Assembly: GCA_002633005.1 (NCBI GenBank)
Contig: NMRA01000035.1
Span: 1,207,059 to 1,271,058 of the forward strand
Direction of reading: 5' to 3'
Source of the DNA: Phoronis australis
Lineage: Eukaryota > Animalia > Phoronida
DNA length: 64,000 nucleotides
Position numbers and translations under genes: made by a program. The notes below the pieces were generated by a model. The model ran no database searches and was not told the DNA's origin. It saw only the letters and a list, made by a program, of their open reading frames with translations. Positions 24,853 through 41,745 of this stretch are shown here, one piece after another (positions within the stretch are counted from its first letter, which is position 1; each line of letters starts with the position of its first letter).

Positions 24853-27800
24853 ATGTCCAAATACGAACTCATTTACTTCCACGGGCGCGGACGTGCCGAA
24901 ACCGCCAGATACTTGTTTGCTCTCGCTGGCGTGAAGTACACAGACAGGCGAGTAAATGGGGAGGAGTATCAAAAGATGCAGCCAGGTGAGACACACCAGA
25001 GTGTACTTAGTTGTTCTAAGTAAGTCAGCCTGGGGCCAGTTCTGTGACACAAGACACTCGCAAGTGAAGTCTACCCTTTCAATGCAGGAAGACTTGCATG
25101 ATATTGCCGAAGTAACCTTACGGAATGCTAAACTGCTGTCGTTGTGCTCTATGACGAAAGTGTCGCAGTGTTACTTATCATAGTAATAATAATAATATCT
25201 TCTAGCAGAGTGCTTTACAGGATTATTCAACAGATTGCTGATCTGGGGTCAGTTTATCAAAAGCGCTGTAGTGGGGCGTAGGCGCACGTAGGCGCAGCCA
25301 ACCACCTTTTAGCATTTCAACGTAGCGACTACGCACCGTAAGTTACGTTCAGTGCTCAAGGTGATACGGTGGCCTTTGGGCGCCTACTTACCTCTAATAT
25401 TCCCCGGACTACAGCACAATTCATCAAAGGTCGTGGGCGGGGTCTTAGTTACGATGGTCATTATTACCGAGGTCACTCACGCTGGAATTGCTTCGGTCTG
25501 AGAATTGAAAAATCAGTCACAACCTTTCGCTCGCATAAAAAGCGCGACGATGCATTTAGAATACTTGTTGCAACGACCGTCTCAGCTACCACCGGACTAA
25601 TACCCTTTAAAAATTGTTCCCTGAGCTCTTTGGGGATGTATGAGATTGAGAGTAGGAGCCAGCGAGAGGACATTCCTAGGGTTACATATAGGCGATATCT
25701 GCGTTTTTACAAGTAAAATTGGCGAACCAAATACATATAGGTGGTATATTGGGATAATTGGCTCCAAAATGAATTCATAATACGTGCACCACGCATGCTT
25801 GCACTCTGTTTGTGTGTGCGTGTGTGTATGGGTGCATTATTTTCAATACTGATATGCAGGTTTCATTTTGANGTGTTTGTGTGTGTGTGTGTATGTATGT
25901 ATCTATATGCATATATATAGGTTATCCCACTTACATAGTGTTGAATAACCAGTAAAGTTTTATTTCATTATAAATTGATCAGAATTTTTAGTTTGTGAAA
26001 TATACAAGTTAAAGGACTGAACCATACAATAATATGAGAAGTTTGTCGGAAACTCATCCGGGAATATAAAAATTGAAACATTCCCTGAACCGAGTTGTCT
26101 ACAGCAGTTTGTGTGGTTTTAGCCTCGATGAATTTCTTAGTTTTGTTGGTCTATTTTTGTGTCTCATCTTCTGGGCTGTACATAGTAATCGAAAAATTTC
26201 TCCGTGTTGATCACAGCATTGGAAAATAACGGTGGAAATTGTGCTAATTTGGAGAACTTGAGGTAAGGACTGTATCGCAAAAAGGAGATTTTACACAATG
26301 GCCGGCAGCGACGGAGAGATGAATGCTGCCTCAGTAAAAAAACACATACTCATTATTAGGTCTTAATTTCCCGTAAAAACCTTAGTTCTCAGTGTAGATA
26401 TACTGTATGACTCCATAACGAAACGTTTTTGTTGGATTTGAATTAGGTTTTGTCTGATTATACTGGCCGGTGACGTTACTTAGCTTGATTTATTTACATG
26501 TATGATGACCCAGATTGAAACTTCATCGAGGCTCAAAAATAGTCTCCTGATCACCGTGCGTCAGAATTTTAATCGGTAAATCTGTTCTATTTTTAGAGCT
26601 GTAAAACTGCTTTTTCAGGAGCGATGCGTTTGATTAATGATTTAGTTAACCCAAATGATTGAGCCCAATAAAATTTGCGCTGTATACGCGAATTTACTCA
26701 ACCAGCTGTAGACTGCACACCAACCGTGAAATACGGCTTCTACCGTTGAATACTGCCTCTAACGCATGCTCGCACCCAGCCTTTAATATGGGGGAGGGGG
26801 GGCTCGAATCTCTGACAAAGTGGACTTTTTGCTAACAAAAAAGCGGGAGGACTAAACGTGGTACAACTTTCAGGTCTGTGAACTGTGCGTCTGCGCCTTT
26901 TTAGTGGACTTTTGTCTCGTTTTCTCGTAATTTTTGTTTCTCTGATGCGCACCTTTTTACCCACTTCGCCAAATGCTCGTTCGAGTCACCGAGCCCCCCA
27001 CCCCCCTGGGTGCGCGCATATATCGTGATATACGAATTGGTTCTACTTTACCGTATATCACAGTTGACTACGTGATGTATACAATGGCCATATTTTCATA
27101 TATATGGGATAACTTATTGTTTTCAATAGATTTAGCTGTGTGGCTTTTAAAATTTAAAATTTTTCTCACTATTGTAGATGTGTTGTTCAGTGGGTTACCC
27201 GAATTGAAAGTTGACGACTTTCATTTATGTCAAAGTGCAACAATACAGCGATACCTGGCCAGGGAGTTTGGTAAGTGACTTCTGTAATGTGACGCTCGGC
27301 CGTGGGCATCAGCGCTCTCTCGAGGTCCAAGGGGATCCTAAGTATCGGACCTCATTGTTTAAATCGCACTACCGTTGATGCTTCATTGTAAAACTTACAA
27401 CACCTTTTCCAGGCCGGTTGCCATCGTCTGCTTTGGTTTACACGGTGAGGTATCCTAATAGTTTTTGTAACTTCTATCGGGGTTAGGGCACAAACAGCGA
27501 CACTAGTCGTTCGGGCTGCTTTAAACACAGTTTTTAGCCAATCAGAGGATGGACGTACCGGTTGTCGTATAAACGATATCCAACTGGTGCCAGCTAGTTT
27601 TGTGACTATTTTCCGACCAAATCATAACACCCCATAAAACTTTGATATCGAATCCGTCACTAACTGCACTAGCTGACCAAACTTCACAAAACCAACAAAA
27701 CACTGAAGGATTTTTATTTTAAAATTTATTTGAGATGCACATCTCACTTTCTACCTTAAGGTCTGATGGGAAGTTCCAAGAAAGAAGAGTTCACCATTGA

Positions 27801-30800
27801 CATGATAGCACAGTGCATAGATGATATCACTGAAGCTTTGATACCAGTCTTTACAGAAAAAGACGAGGCAAGAAAGGTAAACCTTACTATCTTAAATTTC
27901 GTTTCAAGCCGTAAAGAGTGCACGAGTTCTCACACTGCCGACACAGAAGGTGGCAAATACAATGTCAGAACTTCATTTTGTAGGCTGCTTTAACGGCTAA
28001 GTTCGTGGAAAGATTACAGACGTTTCTGTCAAAGTTGGAAAAAATGCTCTCAGCTAACAATGGTGGCACTGGTTGGTTTGTTGGAAATAAGGTACGTTTG
28101 TTAACTTAAATGGTTACAATTTCTGTATTTTCCTCTCTAACTGATAAAAACATCACTGGCTGCCACTTGCCTACTGAAAAGAAGTTAATACTCGCCGTCA
28201 AAACGCCAGATGACAAAATGACACACACATAAGTCTTTTCGAACTCCCGTGCATTAACATCAGATTCCGTTGTCTAACTCGAAGTAATTTTTAATATCTT
28301 TCCTTCTGCTTTAATACGACCTCATGATAAGTGTCTAGTATTCTATAAATTGTGGTTCACGTGGATGGTGGTCAATCATACTTTGGACTTGGTGACCCCG
28401 CAATAAAGCTACAAGTTCGAGTCTTAAAATTTCGAATTTTTGCTAAAAATCTCGAGATTTTACTCTAATCTGTAGCTCGAATCTTGGGTTCACCAAGAGC
28501 GTACTTGGACTACAAACACATCTGTACAAACCGCAATGTACTCGAGCACAGAGTAATAGAAACCTATCTCGAGTTCGTATTAAAGCTGAACTGAAAAGTC
28601 ATGACAATTTCGAGTTGGATTTAGAGTTTGGAAGTTAGACCCCGGGCCCAGATTTTTTAACAACAAACGAGACACATGTATCTCTGCCACGAGCACCTGG
28701 CATTTCGTGACTTACTGAAATGTGCAGAAGTTTCACGGCATATGGAAACAGTACAACAAACGAAGTGAATTCGCCTGGATTGTCTAAGCAATTACGAATT
28801 AATATTGGGGGGATTGCGCACTGTGATTCAGTCTGGTACGGAAGGGTCTACATTGACGGTACATTTAGGTGAATTGGTCGGAAATGGATGCAATCTTCAG
28901 TGATACTGTTCTCTGCTCACTGTATTTCATCTAACTTTGTGAGTTGAATCCAAAAAGGTAAACGTGACGTGAAGCCTGTTATATCGAAAAAAGAGACCAT
29001 TTAGGCCCTTTAAGTAACACTCAGCGTACGCGTAACGCACTAGTGTTGATTTACTATGGTTCTTAACGGTATCCTATCCACTTAGTCTGGTTAAAAACTT
29101 CATAAACGTGTTTTAACGCAAACCAGTTCAGTCAAAACCTAAGCCCAAATGATGCTCATTCAACACTACTCAACATATTTTCAAACTTAACTAAACCTAT
29201 GATAAATGATTTCTTGATGCGCCAGAACCTAAAATGGCCGCCGTAGTGAGTGGAAGCTTACTTATGCTTTATGGGTACTGACTCAACTGCCGCCATATGT
29301 AAAGAGGTTTCCGCGGACAGCCCGTCCTTTTTTTAAAAAGACTAAGAAAATGTAAAATAAGGCAAACAGAAACAAAGTTGAAAGTTACAAAAATACATGT
29401 TATACAACGAACGTGATGATAACTGTAGGTTATTATATCGAGATGCGTGATATGCAAGCCCATTTAAACGAGGGCGAAACCCGAGTTTAAATCGTCTACC
29501 ATATCACTCATAAAGTGTGTATTTATTCCACGTAACATAGCAGCAATTAAAAACTGATAAAAATACCGAAGGACATTAACATCAAATAACAAATTAACTT
29601 GCAAATAGGGTTTTGCTACTTGTACTACCGATGAAAACGAGAGTTACTTGGAAAATTTCATTGAATGAATGAAAGAATATATCATAATACAAAACGTGTT
29701 GTAACTATTAACAATTCTATTTGCTTAAATTGACTAAATACAACACGGTTAGGACCCGGACGTTTTGATCTTCGTGTTTGGCATAGTAATGTGTTTACCA
29801 GCAATGACTCATTCCTAACTAGTTGGCCAAACGAGGTCGCTGTATCGTTTAGGTTGCGTGTGTTTGCGTATTTAAAACACTGTTTCACATTAATTTTCAT
29901 CAAGTTTGTTAAAATTAAAATTTTAGATGGTATTTGACGGATACGTTTATGATTTGTGCTATATATTTGGTTCAGTTGTCATTTGTAAGGTATTTTTCAA
30001 TTATTCTATATAGTGACACTAATATCAGTACAGAAGAGGGAAACGTGAGTACTATAGACAACATGAGTTACAACAATTACCAAGATTCTTATAGACTTAG
30101 CCCACCAAATACCGTAATCCTTAAGGCATTGCCAGGGTTATTTTCTCTAGAGCTGATAACAGTTACCTACTCTAGAGAAAATATGGAACAGTAGTTCTGA
30201 CGTAATTCACAGGGTTATGACCCAGTTATTTCAGGGCTGTATCATCACCTGTGTTTGATGTTTATTATTGTTGATGCTTCTGTTGACGCAACTCAGCTTG
30301 TGTTCTATATTGGTGAACGTAACGACAAGACTATCTTTGATCGAAAACTTTTTTGCGCGTTGAAATGTTCTTATTCAACGTATACAGTTGCATAATCAAC
30401 ACGTAGAATTAGTTATTTGACGCACGGAAGTACCTATGCAACGTGCATAATTACCTATTCAATGCGCACTTTTAATCACTTCGGCCATGTTTCTTCTGTG
30501 CTGCCTCCTCTTGGAGGTACGTACTCAATGTAAACTTGTCTTTCTTTGAGTAGGCGTAATTCAGTGACCGTTGAATAAGCAATTTTGTAAGTTAAATAAG
30601 CGCAGAAAGATAATAGTTAAAGCGCGTTGAATAACTACAGTAATTCAGCTCGTCGATTATGCAATTCTGCCCGTTGAATTAGCACATTTAGATGAGCAGA
30701 AAGTATTCCTTTAATAACCCTTTGACACTTCTTATTTTACGCAGCCCATGCAGGTCACATTGAACATCTATTAGTGGTCATTGACATTTTTCCTTACTGT

Positions 30801-31205
30801 GGGAAATACATGTAGTTCACCCGTAGCAGATCAAAAACACTTAAATATCCATTTCCAGCCAACAGGTGGCGAGAACACAGCGTATTACGCAATACATGCT
30901 CTGCAACATGCACGAGTCTATAAATTTGCGTTTACTCGGAAAAAGATCACGCTTTCGCGTTCCCTGCGTCTGCGTTCTAAATTAAAAAGAAATTGTTACC
31001 ACTTACTGAAGATAGTACATGATCATATCCTCTCTTTTAGCCAACGCTTGCCGACGCACACGCAGCCAATATTTTGTGCTGGCTATCTGGTCCTGCCGAG
31101 GAGGAACTCAAGAAATACGCAAAACTTACTGCGCATCGTCAGCGTTTTTTCGCTGAGCCAAGGATTGCTGAATGGATTAAGAACAGACCGAAATCTGATT
31201 TTTAA
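24853..31205 (+). CDS. Sigma-class glutathione S-transferase (GST2), 204 aa, 5 coding exons
   Basis: Exons 24853-24985, 27178-27270, 27761-27876, 27984-28091, 31041-31205, GT-AG, in frame. [33 protein letters not shown]...PTLADAH...RIAEWIKNRPKSDF*. Confidence 0.93.
25808..25920. repeat. (GT)n/(GTAT)n/(AT)n microsatellite with an ambiguous base at 25872
   Basis: Directly visible. Confidence 0.8.
26765..27020. mobile_element. MITE in GST2 first coding intron
   Basis: TIR CATGCTCGCACCCAG...CTGGGTGCGCGCATA with inner GGGGGCTCG/CGAGCCCCC inverted motifs. Confidence 0.6.
28273..28620. mobile_element. Foldback (long imperfect palindrome) element in GST2 last intron
   Basis: Left arm AACTCGAA...GCTTTAATACGACCTC..GATA pairs with right arm TATCTCGAGTTCGTATTAAAGC...TTCGAGTT; inner CTTGGTGACCC/GGGTTCACCAAG. 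Confidence 0.65.
29093..29420 (+). repeat. Dispersed repeat shared with 39970-40215
   Basis: AAAAACTTCA..AAACG..TTTTAACGCAA...TAAGCCCAAAT...ATATTTTCAAA...GGTACT.ACTCA.CTGCC.CCAT..GTAA.GAGGTTTCC in both. Confidence 0.65.
30343..30708. mobile_element. Foldback MITE with repeated TTATTCAACG/CGTTGAATAA motifs
   Basis: Long imperfect inverted arms (AAATGT..T.ATTCAACG....A.TTGCATAATC). Confidence 0.6.
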
Positions 31206-31365
31206 ATTGCCAAAACATTCATAGCATCTAGTAATAATGCTTAGCGAAGAATATTAGTTACAGATACATTCCAAGGTAAATCAGATCGAAACCGTACATG
31301 TATATTCCGAGTCAGCGAGGTCCTTTTACTTGAGCGGATACTTGGATGTATGCTGAGGATGATAG

Positions 31366-31572
31366 ATGTCAGTATTCAGCATTATGATGTACCGTACGAA
31401 CAACATAGATATCAGTACTTACCATTTTAGTGTACCGTATGGACAACACATTGATATCAGTGTTTTGCATTGTAATGTACCGTATGAACAACATAGACAT
31501 CAGCATTTACCATTTTAGTGTACCGTATGGACAACATATTGATATCAGTGTAATGTACCGTATGAACAGCAC
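31366..31572 (+). repeat. Minisatellite, alternating 43/45-bp units (about 5 copies)
   Basis: Core ATATCAGT...TGTACCGTATG(A/G)ACAACA repeated. Confidence 0.85.
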
Positions 31573-32010
31573 ATGCTTATTAAAATCTGTATGACATTGA
31601 TTTGTTATTTAAAACCATTTCACATTTGTCGAGATCTTTTAGAACATGGATCGTCAAAATCTTGCAGTTGTTCTGCTCATGTTGTTAGGCTCATATTTGA
31701 CAATAGTCTCGGATAAAAAGTCTTTATACCGAGCCCTTTGTCAAAATCTGCTTTTGAGTTAGAAAACTTAACCATTATTAAATCGGTTTCATTTTATTCC
31801 CTACTCTGAGAAAAAACTTGCCCCAGACTGTTGTTTGTGACGGTGGGATATGGCCACCGAAGCAAAATGACGTTGGAGGAATTACAGGCGTTTTGTTGTA
31901 ATCTATTTCAATTCAAACAAAGGATAAGATTGTGATGGCATTGGTTTGTAAAAAAGATGATGTCTCTGAAGATAATTGTTGTCTTTGACACCGCAGCATG
32001 GTTTATATCT

Positions 32011-32148
32011 GGCGCGCGTTCAGTAGCACTAGGAACTACGCTAGGACCTAGCTAGCCAAAGTCACGTGCTCTCATTTAAAATACACGGCAATATCCCACG
32101 TAATCTCTGTCTTGCTTTTAAGCGAGGTCCTAGCGTTACTGAACGGGA
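32011..32148. mobile_element. Sister copy of the GST1-promoter MITE
   Basis: GGCGCGCGTTCAGTAG...CTAGCGTTACTGAACGGGA, with the same internal body and fewer 12-bp repeats. Confidence 0.75.
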
Positions 32149-33255
32149 TTCTGCCTTGTACGAAAAAAAAATCATCAACACTAAAGAGTAATTGACGTCG
32201 CATTGTATCCACTAAATACTAGCAGCTAGTGGGAAACGCCGATGGAAATACATGTAGATACTCCTAGGAGTGAACATCAATGTTCATTGCAAGAAACGGG
32301 AATACTTCTTGAACGGCCGTGTTCAAACCTTCAAGCAGAATTTCAGTCACTGTCAGGTTTTAGTGGGCAAGGTGTGCGGCTGCGGGATTTTTTACACAGG
32401 CAGTACAAATTTCTTTCCAGAACATTTGACCCTGCCGTAACACAAAGTACAGTAATCCGATATTCTTTAATGTGAAAACTAAGAATGCATTTCAAATGCT
32501 GTATAGTACACAAAATATATTTATGTAATTATAAAAGATGCATCCTCAATGTACATACTGACGGGTAGAAAGCCAGCTACCTATATGAAAACTATCGTCA
32601 ACATACAGCTAAGTAGCTGTATGTAGAGCTCAGTTAAACACCGAAATTTCACACAACCCCGGTGCTCAGCTTGTCACCTCGTCGTGAAATTTAGAGTTAA
32701 CAACCTACAGGGGCGCATGCAGAATATGGGAATGGACCGACATTCACCTTACCCGTTACAGCCGTTTATAGAAGTAAAAAGACAATGTAATAAATGTATT
32801 TTTCGTAATTCTCCTCCTTTTGTAACAAAGGAAAATCTGTGGTCGTTTTGAAAACAGTGCATACTTGTGACACGCGCACGTAAATGTACGCGCCATTTCC
32901 AAAAAAATGTGATATCTCTCGAGAGTTTTTTTCTGAAATTGGGTTTTCTGATAATAAAATAGTAAAAACTTGTAATGAAATGAAACCACTTGGGATTGTT
33001 ATGACATGTACGCAACCTCACATTTGATTGAATAACATGGAAATTGGCCAATAGGTGACGCAATGGCGCCAAAGAGCGCATCGCAAATTTTGCAGCAAAA
33101 TACCGCGGTAACTGAAAAACGCCAATTTTCCAACACCAGCGTAAATAATTTAGTTTACTCAAGGAAGAGTAAGAATTTTTTAATGAGGGATCATTAATTT
33201 TGGCGGCGACAGGCCCGATGAATTATATACGCGACAGAAGCCGGAGGGAGTGAAA

Positions 33256-33457
33256 TTAATCCGACGGAGTGACGTCACCCAGGCCATTAAGCCGACGAAC
33301 TGACGTCACCAAGGCCAGTACAAAACTGGCCACCCTCCCTCCGCATCCGCGAAAAAACGGCCCGCGAGACAAACATAGGACACCTCGAATTCAAATAGGT
33401 GACCGGTGCAATACCTGGGACCAAGGCGGTGCCGAAACGATTGATTGATTGATTGAT
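33256..33457 (+). repeat. Two 31-bp repeats (each with TGACGTCA), then the 17619-family repeat ending in (GATT)n
   Basis: Directly visible; the short tandem-repeat tail suggests a retroelement 3' end. Confidence 0.55.
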
Positions 33458-34630
33458 TTTTGCTATCCATCTGAATAATCACTCAGAGTAGTTAAAGTGT
33501 GTAAATCTTATTCTTGTAGCGTTTTCGAGACTTTTTTGCAGGATATAAAATAACGATGTCGTTTGCGTATTTTCTTTTTTCCTGTTTTTTGTATTTTTTG
33601 AATAAGAATTATTTGAAGACTTCCTAGTGAAATAATGCTATAAGTGCATGTAACGAAGTGTAAGGTGTCCATTTATTTAGTATTTTATACTTAATGCTTT
33701 ATTTCACTAATTGTTTCTTAGTCAGATAAGAACTGATTTGAGGGAAAAATACAACGGTAAGTCATTAAAAGTTTAATTTTGGTAGAGATCAAGTGTACAG
33801 AAATGGATTTGTGACCTGAAACAAGAATGTGATTGTTATTATGGTCAAGCAAATAATCTTCCCCGGCTATTTGGAATTGCGAAATTATCCATTCATGCAA
33901 ATAGTTTTGACAGATAATTGTAATAATGATAACACAGCAACAATGGTGACCGCTGTTAATAGTAATTGACGATTGAAACTAATAAATTAATGCTTTCCAT
34001 TGAAATTCCAACCAGAAATACTATATAAAAGTTTATTCATGTATATACAGGAGGACTCATATCTATGGTATCGGTGTGAAAGCATAATAAATGAAGGTGA
34101 GGGTTTTTCTGGCTATGAATTGTTTATCATGGCATACAGTCTTGTATTGAGCGTAATATGTGCCCTCATTTGGTCCTCATTGGATCCAGTAAAAGGCCCG
34201 TGTTTAAGTTTATGAAGAACGGAGCACGGAGTCAGTGCATTTGGCCGTGTTAAGATAAGAGTTTGATTGCTTAGTAAACGATGTCTCAGTAACAGTGGGT
34301 TATACGGCGAATGCATTTGGAAAACGTAATATTATTACATGTTACCTGGTACTTCAGCCCTCTGATTGGCTGAAATGCAGTACGGTAACTTCCGTTATGA
34401 GTTGTTGGTCACCTAGACGTGTATTATGACATCACTTTTAATTCCTGCCGCTCTGAGATGTCACGTCGGAGATATGCATGACCAATTGCAGGCTTAAAAA
34501 GTCACAAACTGTTGAGCATGGAAACCAAGCGGACAGTTGATAATACTACACCAAATCACGACGAAGTACTTCTATGTATGAGGACTCCAGAATTGTCGCA
34601 GATTTGACTTGCTTCTGGGCTTCTCACTCA

Positions 34631-34694
34631 GCGTTCACATGCTATCTGATCTGCTGTCTGATCTGCATTCTGGGAAATATTCGCATGTGAACGC
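34631..34694. repeat. Short inverted-repeat element
   Basis: GCGTTCACATGC...GCATGTGAACGC, perfect 12-bp arms. Confidence 0.55.
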
Positions 34695-36143
34695 CCGTCA
34701 TAAGCCTGATGTGTTTTTTATCGTCTGAGCTCTAATCATCCGGCACTGCGACGAAACTTCCTGCAGTCCGAAGCCGTTAACCCAATGATACACCAGCTTG
34801 TCCGTCTGTGGTGATCGCACGTGATTGGCTAGCACATCTATATTCTGAAAATCTATGTTACCCTGCTTAGATTGTTAGACGGCAGACAGTAAGTACGCCT
34901 CTGTGATCGTTCGTTTTAAGCATCTGACCTGTTTTCTCATCAGACGCCTTGTCTACTTATGAAAATACCCAGCCGAAGCCGGTATTTGAGAACGTTCACT
35001 TTAAGCCGTCTCGTCTACCTTTTGGAGATGACTTAANCATGGAAACCAAAAGGGGGCGTTTTGAAAAAAAATAAAGGTGGTCTGGAGTCAGTGGGACCAG
35101 TGTCATCTCACAGACAAAATATAAAGAGAATCTGTGACATAGCGTTTATCACCCTCTGCCTGGTCCATTCGCGAACACGCTCTTAAAACGTAAGACAGAA
35201 ATTTGGTCTTATGATCCCACTTCAAAATTGCGTCACTGTCTAGAAGTAACTTATAGCAGTCATCTCAGTAGCTAGCAGGTATGTGTATATTCTCAGTGAC
35301 TGCACTTTTTCAAGTGAGCTTTAATAATTTTTCATTAATTAATGTGAATTTTTGATTGATTAAATCTTAAGCCACTTTTCACGAAACAGGTTCTGGATTG
35401 GATGTCCCGCATGCCTTCTTCTGACAATTCCACATCTGAACGAGGTGTAATTGACGCCTGACGTCCTAAAAGATAACAACCGGAGCTCCCCAGTATTTAC
35501 GTTTTAGCAGTAATTCAGCAAGATTTTGTTTTTGTCTCGTCCCTGGGCTAAAGCTAATATCAAATTTGACCATGACAACTGAAGTTGTTGATCTCTCTCG
35601 TCGAAGATCCACGGAATATTAAAGCAACGACATTCCAGGTCAGAAATTAATGATTATTACATAAACCGATACAATGGACATTTTATAAAACAATGACATG
35701 TTGTGAAGAAATATCTCTATCAGAACAGTAAGAGTCCATTAACCTTTCACGGACAGCGGAAACTGGTGCCTGTGACTATTGCAGCATATATTTGTAAGAC
35801 TGGCGTCATCCATTCATCAGGCTAGAAAGAGTCACGTATGAGGCTATTCTTTGCCCGGTAAGCTGACAGTTGATATTGGGCAGAAGTTACCCATGAATTA
35901 GTATCTATGATATACTGAACTTCGTGTTCCTTGAAATTCAACAAATTTTCCGGCGATGCTGGTTTGGATGACCAATATCACAGAATCTTCACCCTAACCG
36001 TAAAAAGACCAATGCTCGTATTCAGCATTCACAAGTTAGGTTTCAGTTTGATTTCTTGCGTGAATACGTATACATGAGAATTCATTTCCCTAAACGGAAT
36101 TTGCTCTCGTTGCTCCGGATGTGCATATTTTTTTTCTAAAGAC

Positions 36144-39540
<3,397 letters not shown>

Positions 39541-39969
39541 TCAGACGCATTACGACACAGTTAAAAAAAAACTAATCCGAGTACTAGCATGTGTTACAAA
39601 CCCGCCTTTTGTAAAACATTTAACTTTTGATTTCGACGCTTTCTGCTATAAAATTTGCCTCAAAGTGTTCCTTACTCAGTTTAGAAGTGGTTCTTGGCTT
39701 GGGGAGATCTGAAAGTTCACCATAATTGCTCGAAACCAGGGCCACTATCTAAAAGAACATCCTATGCGCTAAGATTTGCCTCAAGCAAGTCACTTCCACT
39801 CGGAGTAAATATAAGGAACGAGTTGAAACAAGTTTTAATGAGTCACGTTGGCTAAGTAGTAAGGGTAACATTTTATTTACATTTTCTCGGTCATAAAAGT
39901 CAAAGTTTGGTGCAGTGACGTCAAATGTTAATCTCCTTTATAGAACGGTCTATAGGTGCTTCATATCAC

Positions 39970-40215
39970 TAAAAACTTCACGAAACGGATTTTAACGCAA
40001 GCCGATCCCCTTGGAACTTAAGCCCAAATAATGATCATAACAAATATTTTCAAATTTAGCTGGATTTAATATGAATTTGTTAGTTTAATTTTTATTTTTT
40101 GGTGACTGACAGCTGACTCATGCAAGGTACTCACTCACTGCCACCATGTAATGAGGTTTCCACGGAAACCCCTCCCATTTACAGAAATAGTAATAAAATA
40201 ACACAAACACGAAAT
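39970..40215 (+). repeat. Dispersed repeat shared with 29093-29420
   Basis: Collinear similarity, see the 29093 copy. Confidence 0.6.
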
Positions 40216-40683
40216 GTACGTTACGAAATGTTTATTATTTAGGGGTATTTTACTATTGACGAAGCTTACCCAAAATTCTAAACGGATGAATTTATGTGAA
40301 ACCTGGGTAGAGTTCCGCAGCTGTCTCACGGCTAGAAAAATTTAGCCAAAATCACGTGTTCTCACTTTAAAGTACATGGCAGTATCGTGTTTATAACGCG
40401 GAGGTCCTAGCGTTATTGAGTTTTACCTGGGTCTTTACAAGGTTATTTGCCTCACTGTTTGAGTAGTTGTAGCTTCTCAAACTAATCCGAGTACTAGCAC
40501 TTGTTACGTGACCAGTTATTTGCTTAGTGCGTTCTTATCTTCTTTTAAGATTCTTGAAGGTTAGGCACATTCGGGATATCTAATATTTCGGGCCCCTGCA
40601 CAAATATGAATCAGAATTGGTCCACAAGCTGAAGTAAATATGAGACCACTGTCAAAGCGATAATGCTGAGCAAATGAACAAAT

Positions 40684-40694
40684 TGCTGAGTCAT
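40684..40694 (-). promoter_or_regulatory. Perfect NF-E2/ARE site in GST3 5'-UTR intron
   Basis: TGCTGAGTCAT on + equals ATGACTCAGCA on -. Confidence 0.45.
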
Positions 40695-41573
40695 TGTCGC
40701 TAAGAAAATAAATGCTCTACAAACCGCACTGTGACAAGGGGTCCACGAAAAACGACACAAATACCGTGATATATATAACCGGCATATAAATTACGGGTGC
40801 AAAGCGACGTATTTTCTATGGCAATTCTGCTTTTTGAGATCTACTAATCACCAACTGGAGAGAAGCACACACACATCAATGACACTATTTTTCGTGCTGG
40901 AAGACTTTTAAGATCCCCCAAATTTCGGCCAAGTCACATCAAGGTAATTCTAATTACGAATTCGACGACGGGTGTGGAAACTAACTGATGATCCAGTCAC
41001 TCTTATTCAGATTAACAGTGGATTGGCTTGGAAATAAATCATATCTAGTTTGACAGTGTGCTCGAGAACGGGCCGAAAAGTTGGCTTTACCCGACTGGTC
41101 ATGCAATGCGTCGAGCATGTCAAACAAATTTATTTCTTCTCAAGCCCGGATGTCATAGCATATTGTCAGGCCAGTCATATATAAAGACTGTAGGCCTACT
41201 CACTACGTTCTTAAGAATTTTGACACAGCGGGCCAAAACCACTAGGTAGGAATTGAATTCACTACTTGCACACTTTGGTGGCGCTGCAAAAAATGATTGT
41301 TGTGCATTGTTTTCTAGGACACAATGCCTCGTTTTAGCTTTAATTTCAACAAAGTGCGCGAGTTCCAAATATGCAGAACCATTCTGGTTTGGACACAGCA
41401 CCTTGTTTTCAAGCACAATGGCGAATTCGCAAAAGTAGTGAATACACGTTGGAGACACTTGTTAAAATCTATAAGAACTTCATCGACGGTTTTTTTTTGG
41501 TCAAGGTCGTCCATTCCATTCGGCTCAACCTCGTTTCATTACGATTTTAGAACGGGTTCGAACATTATGAGAA

Positions 41574-41745
41574 CAGTGGCGGATCCATGATTTTTAAAGG
41601 GGTGGGGGTCGGATCAAGGATTTTTTAAAAGGGGGTCTAAGTCAACAATTTGAATTGGACCCCCATTTAAAAAAAATAGATTTGATGTCTCTGAAATCAA
41701 GGGAAAAGGGGTCCGGACCCCTTGACCACCCTGGATCCGCCTATG
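41574..41745. mobile_element. GGCGGAT-family MITE
   Basis: TIR CAGTGGCGGATCCA...TGGATCCGCCTATG. Confidence 0.65.

Noticed and set aside
25473-25673. Protein-like minus-strand ORF in a GST2 intron
   Set aside because: No family recognised; possibly a transposon fragment, needs BLASTx.
33400-33445. GCCGAAAC ends as Penelope-type hammerhead ribozymes
   Set aside because: No upstream CTGANGA core with a paired stem II in either copy.
25872-35037. Single n bases at 25872 and 35037
   Set aside because: Assembly ambiguities or possibly collapsed gaps, not biology; distances across them may be unreliable.
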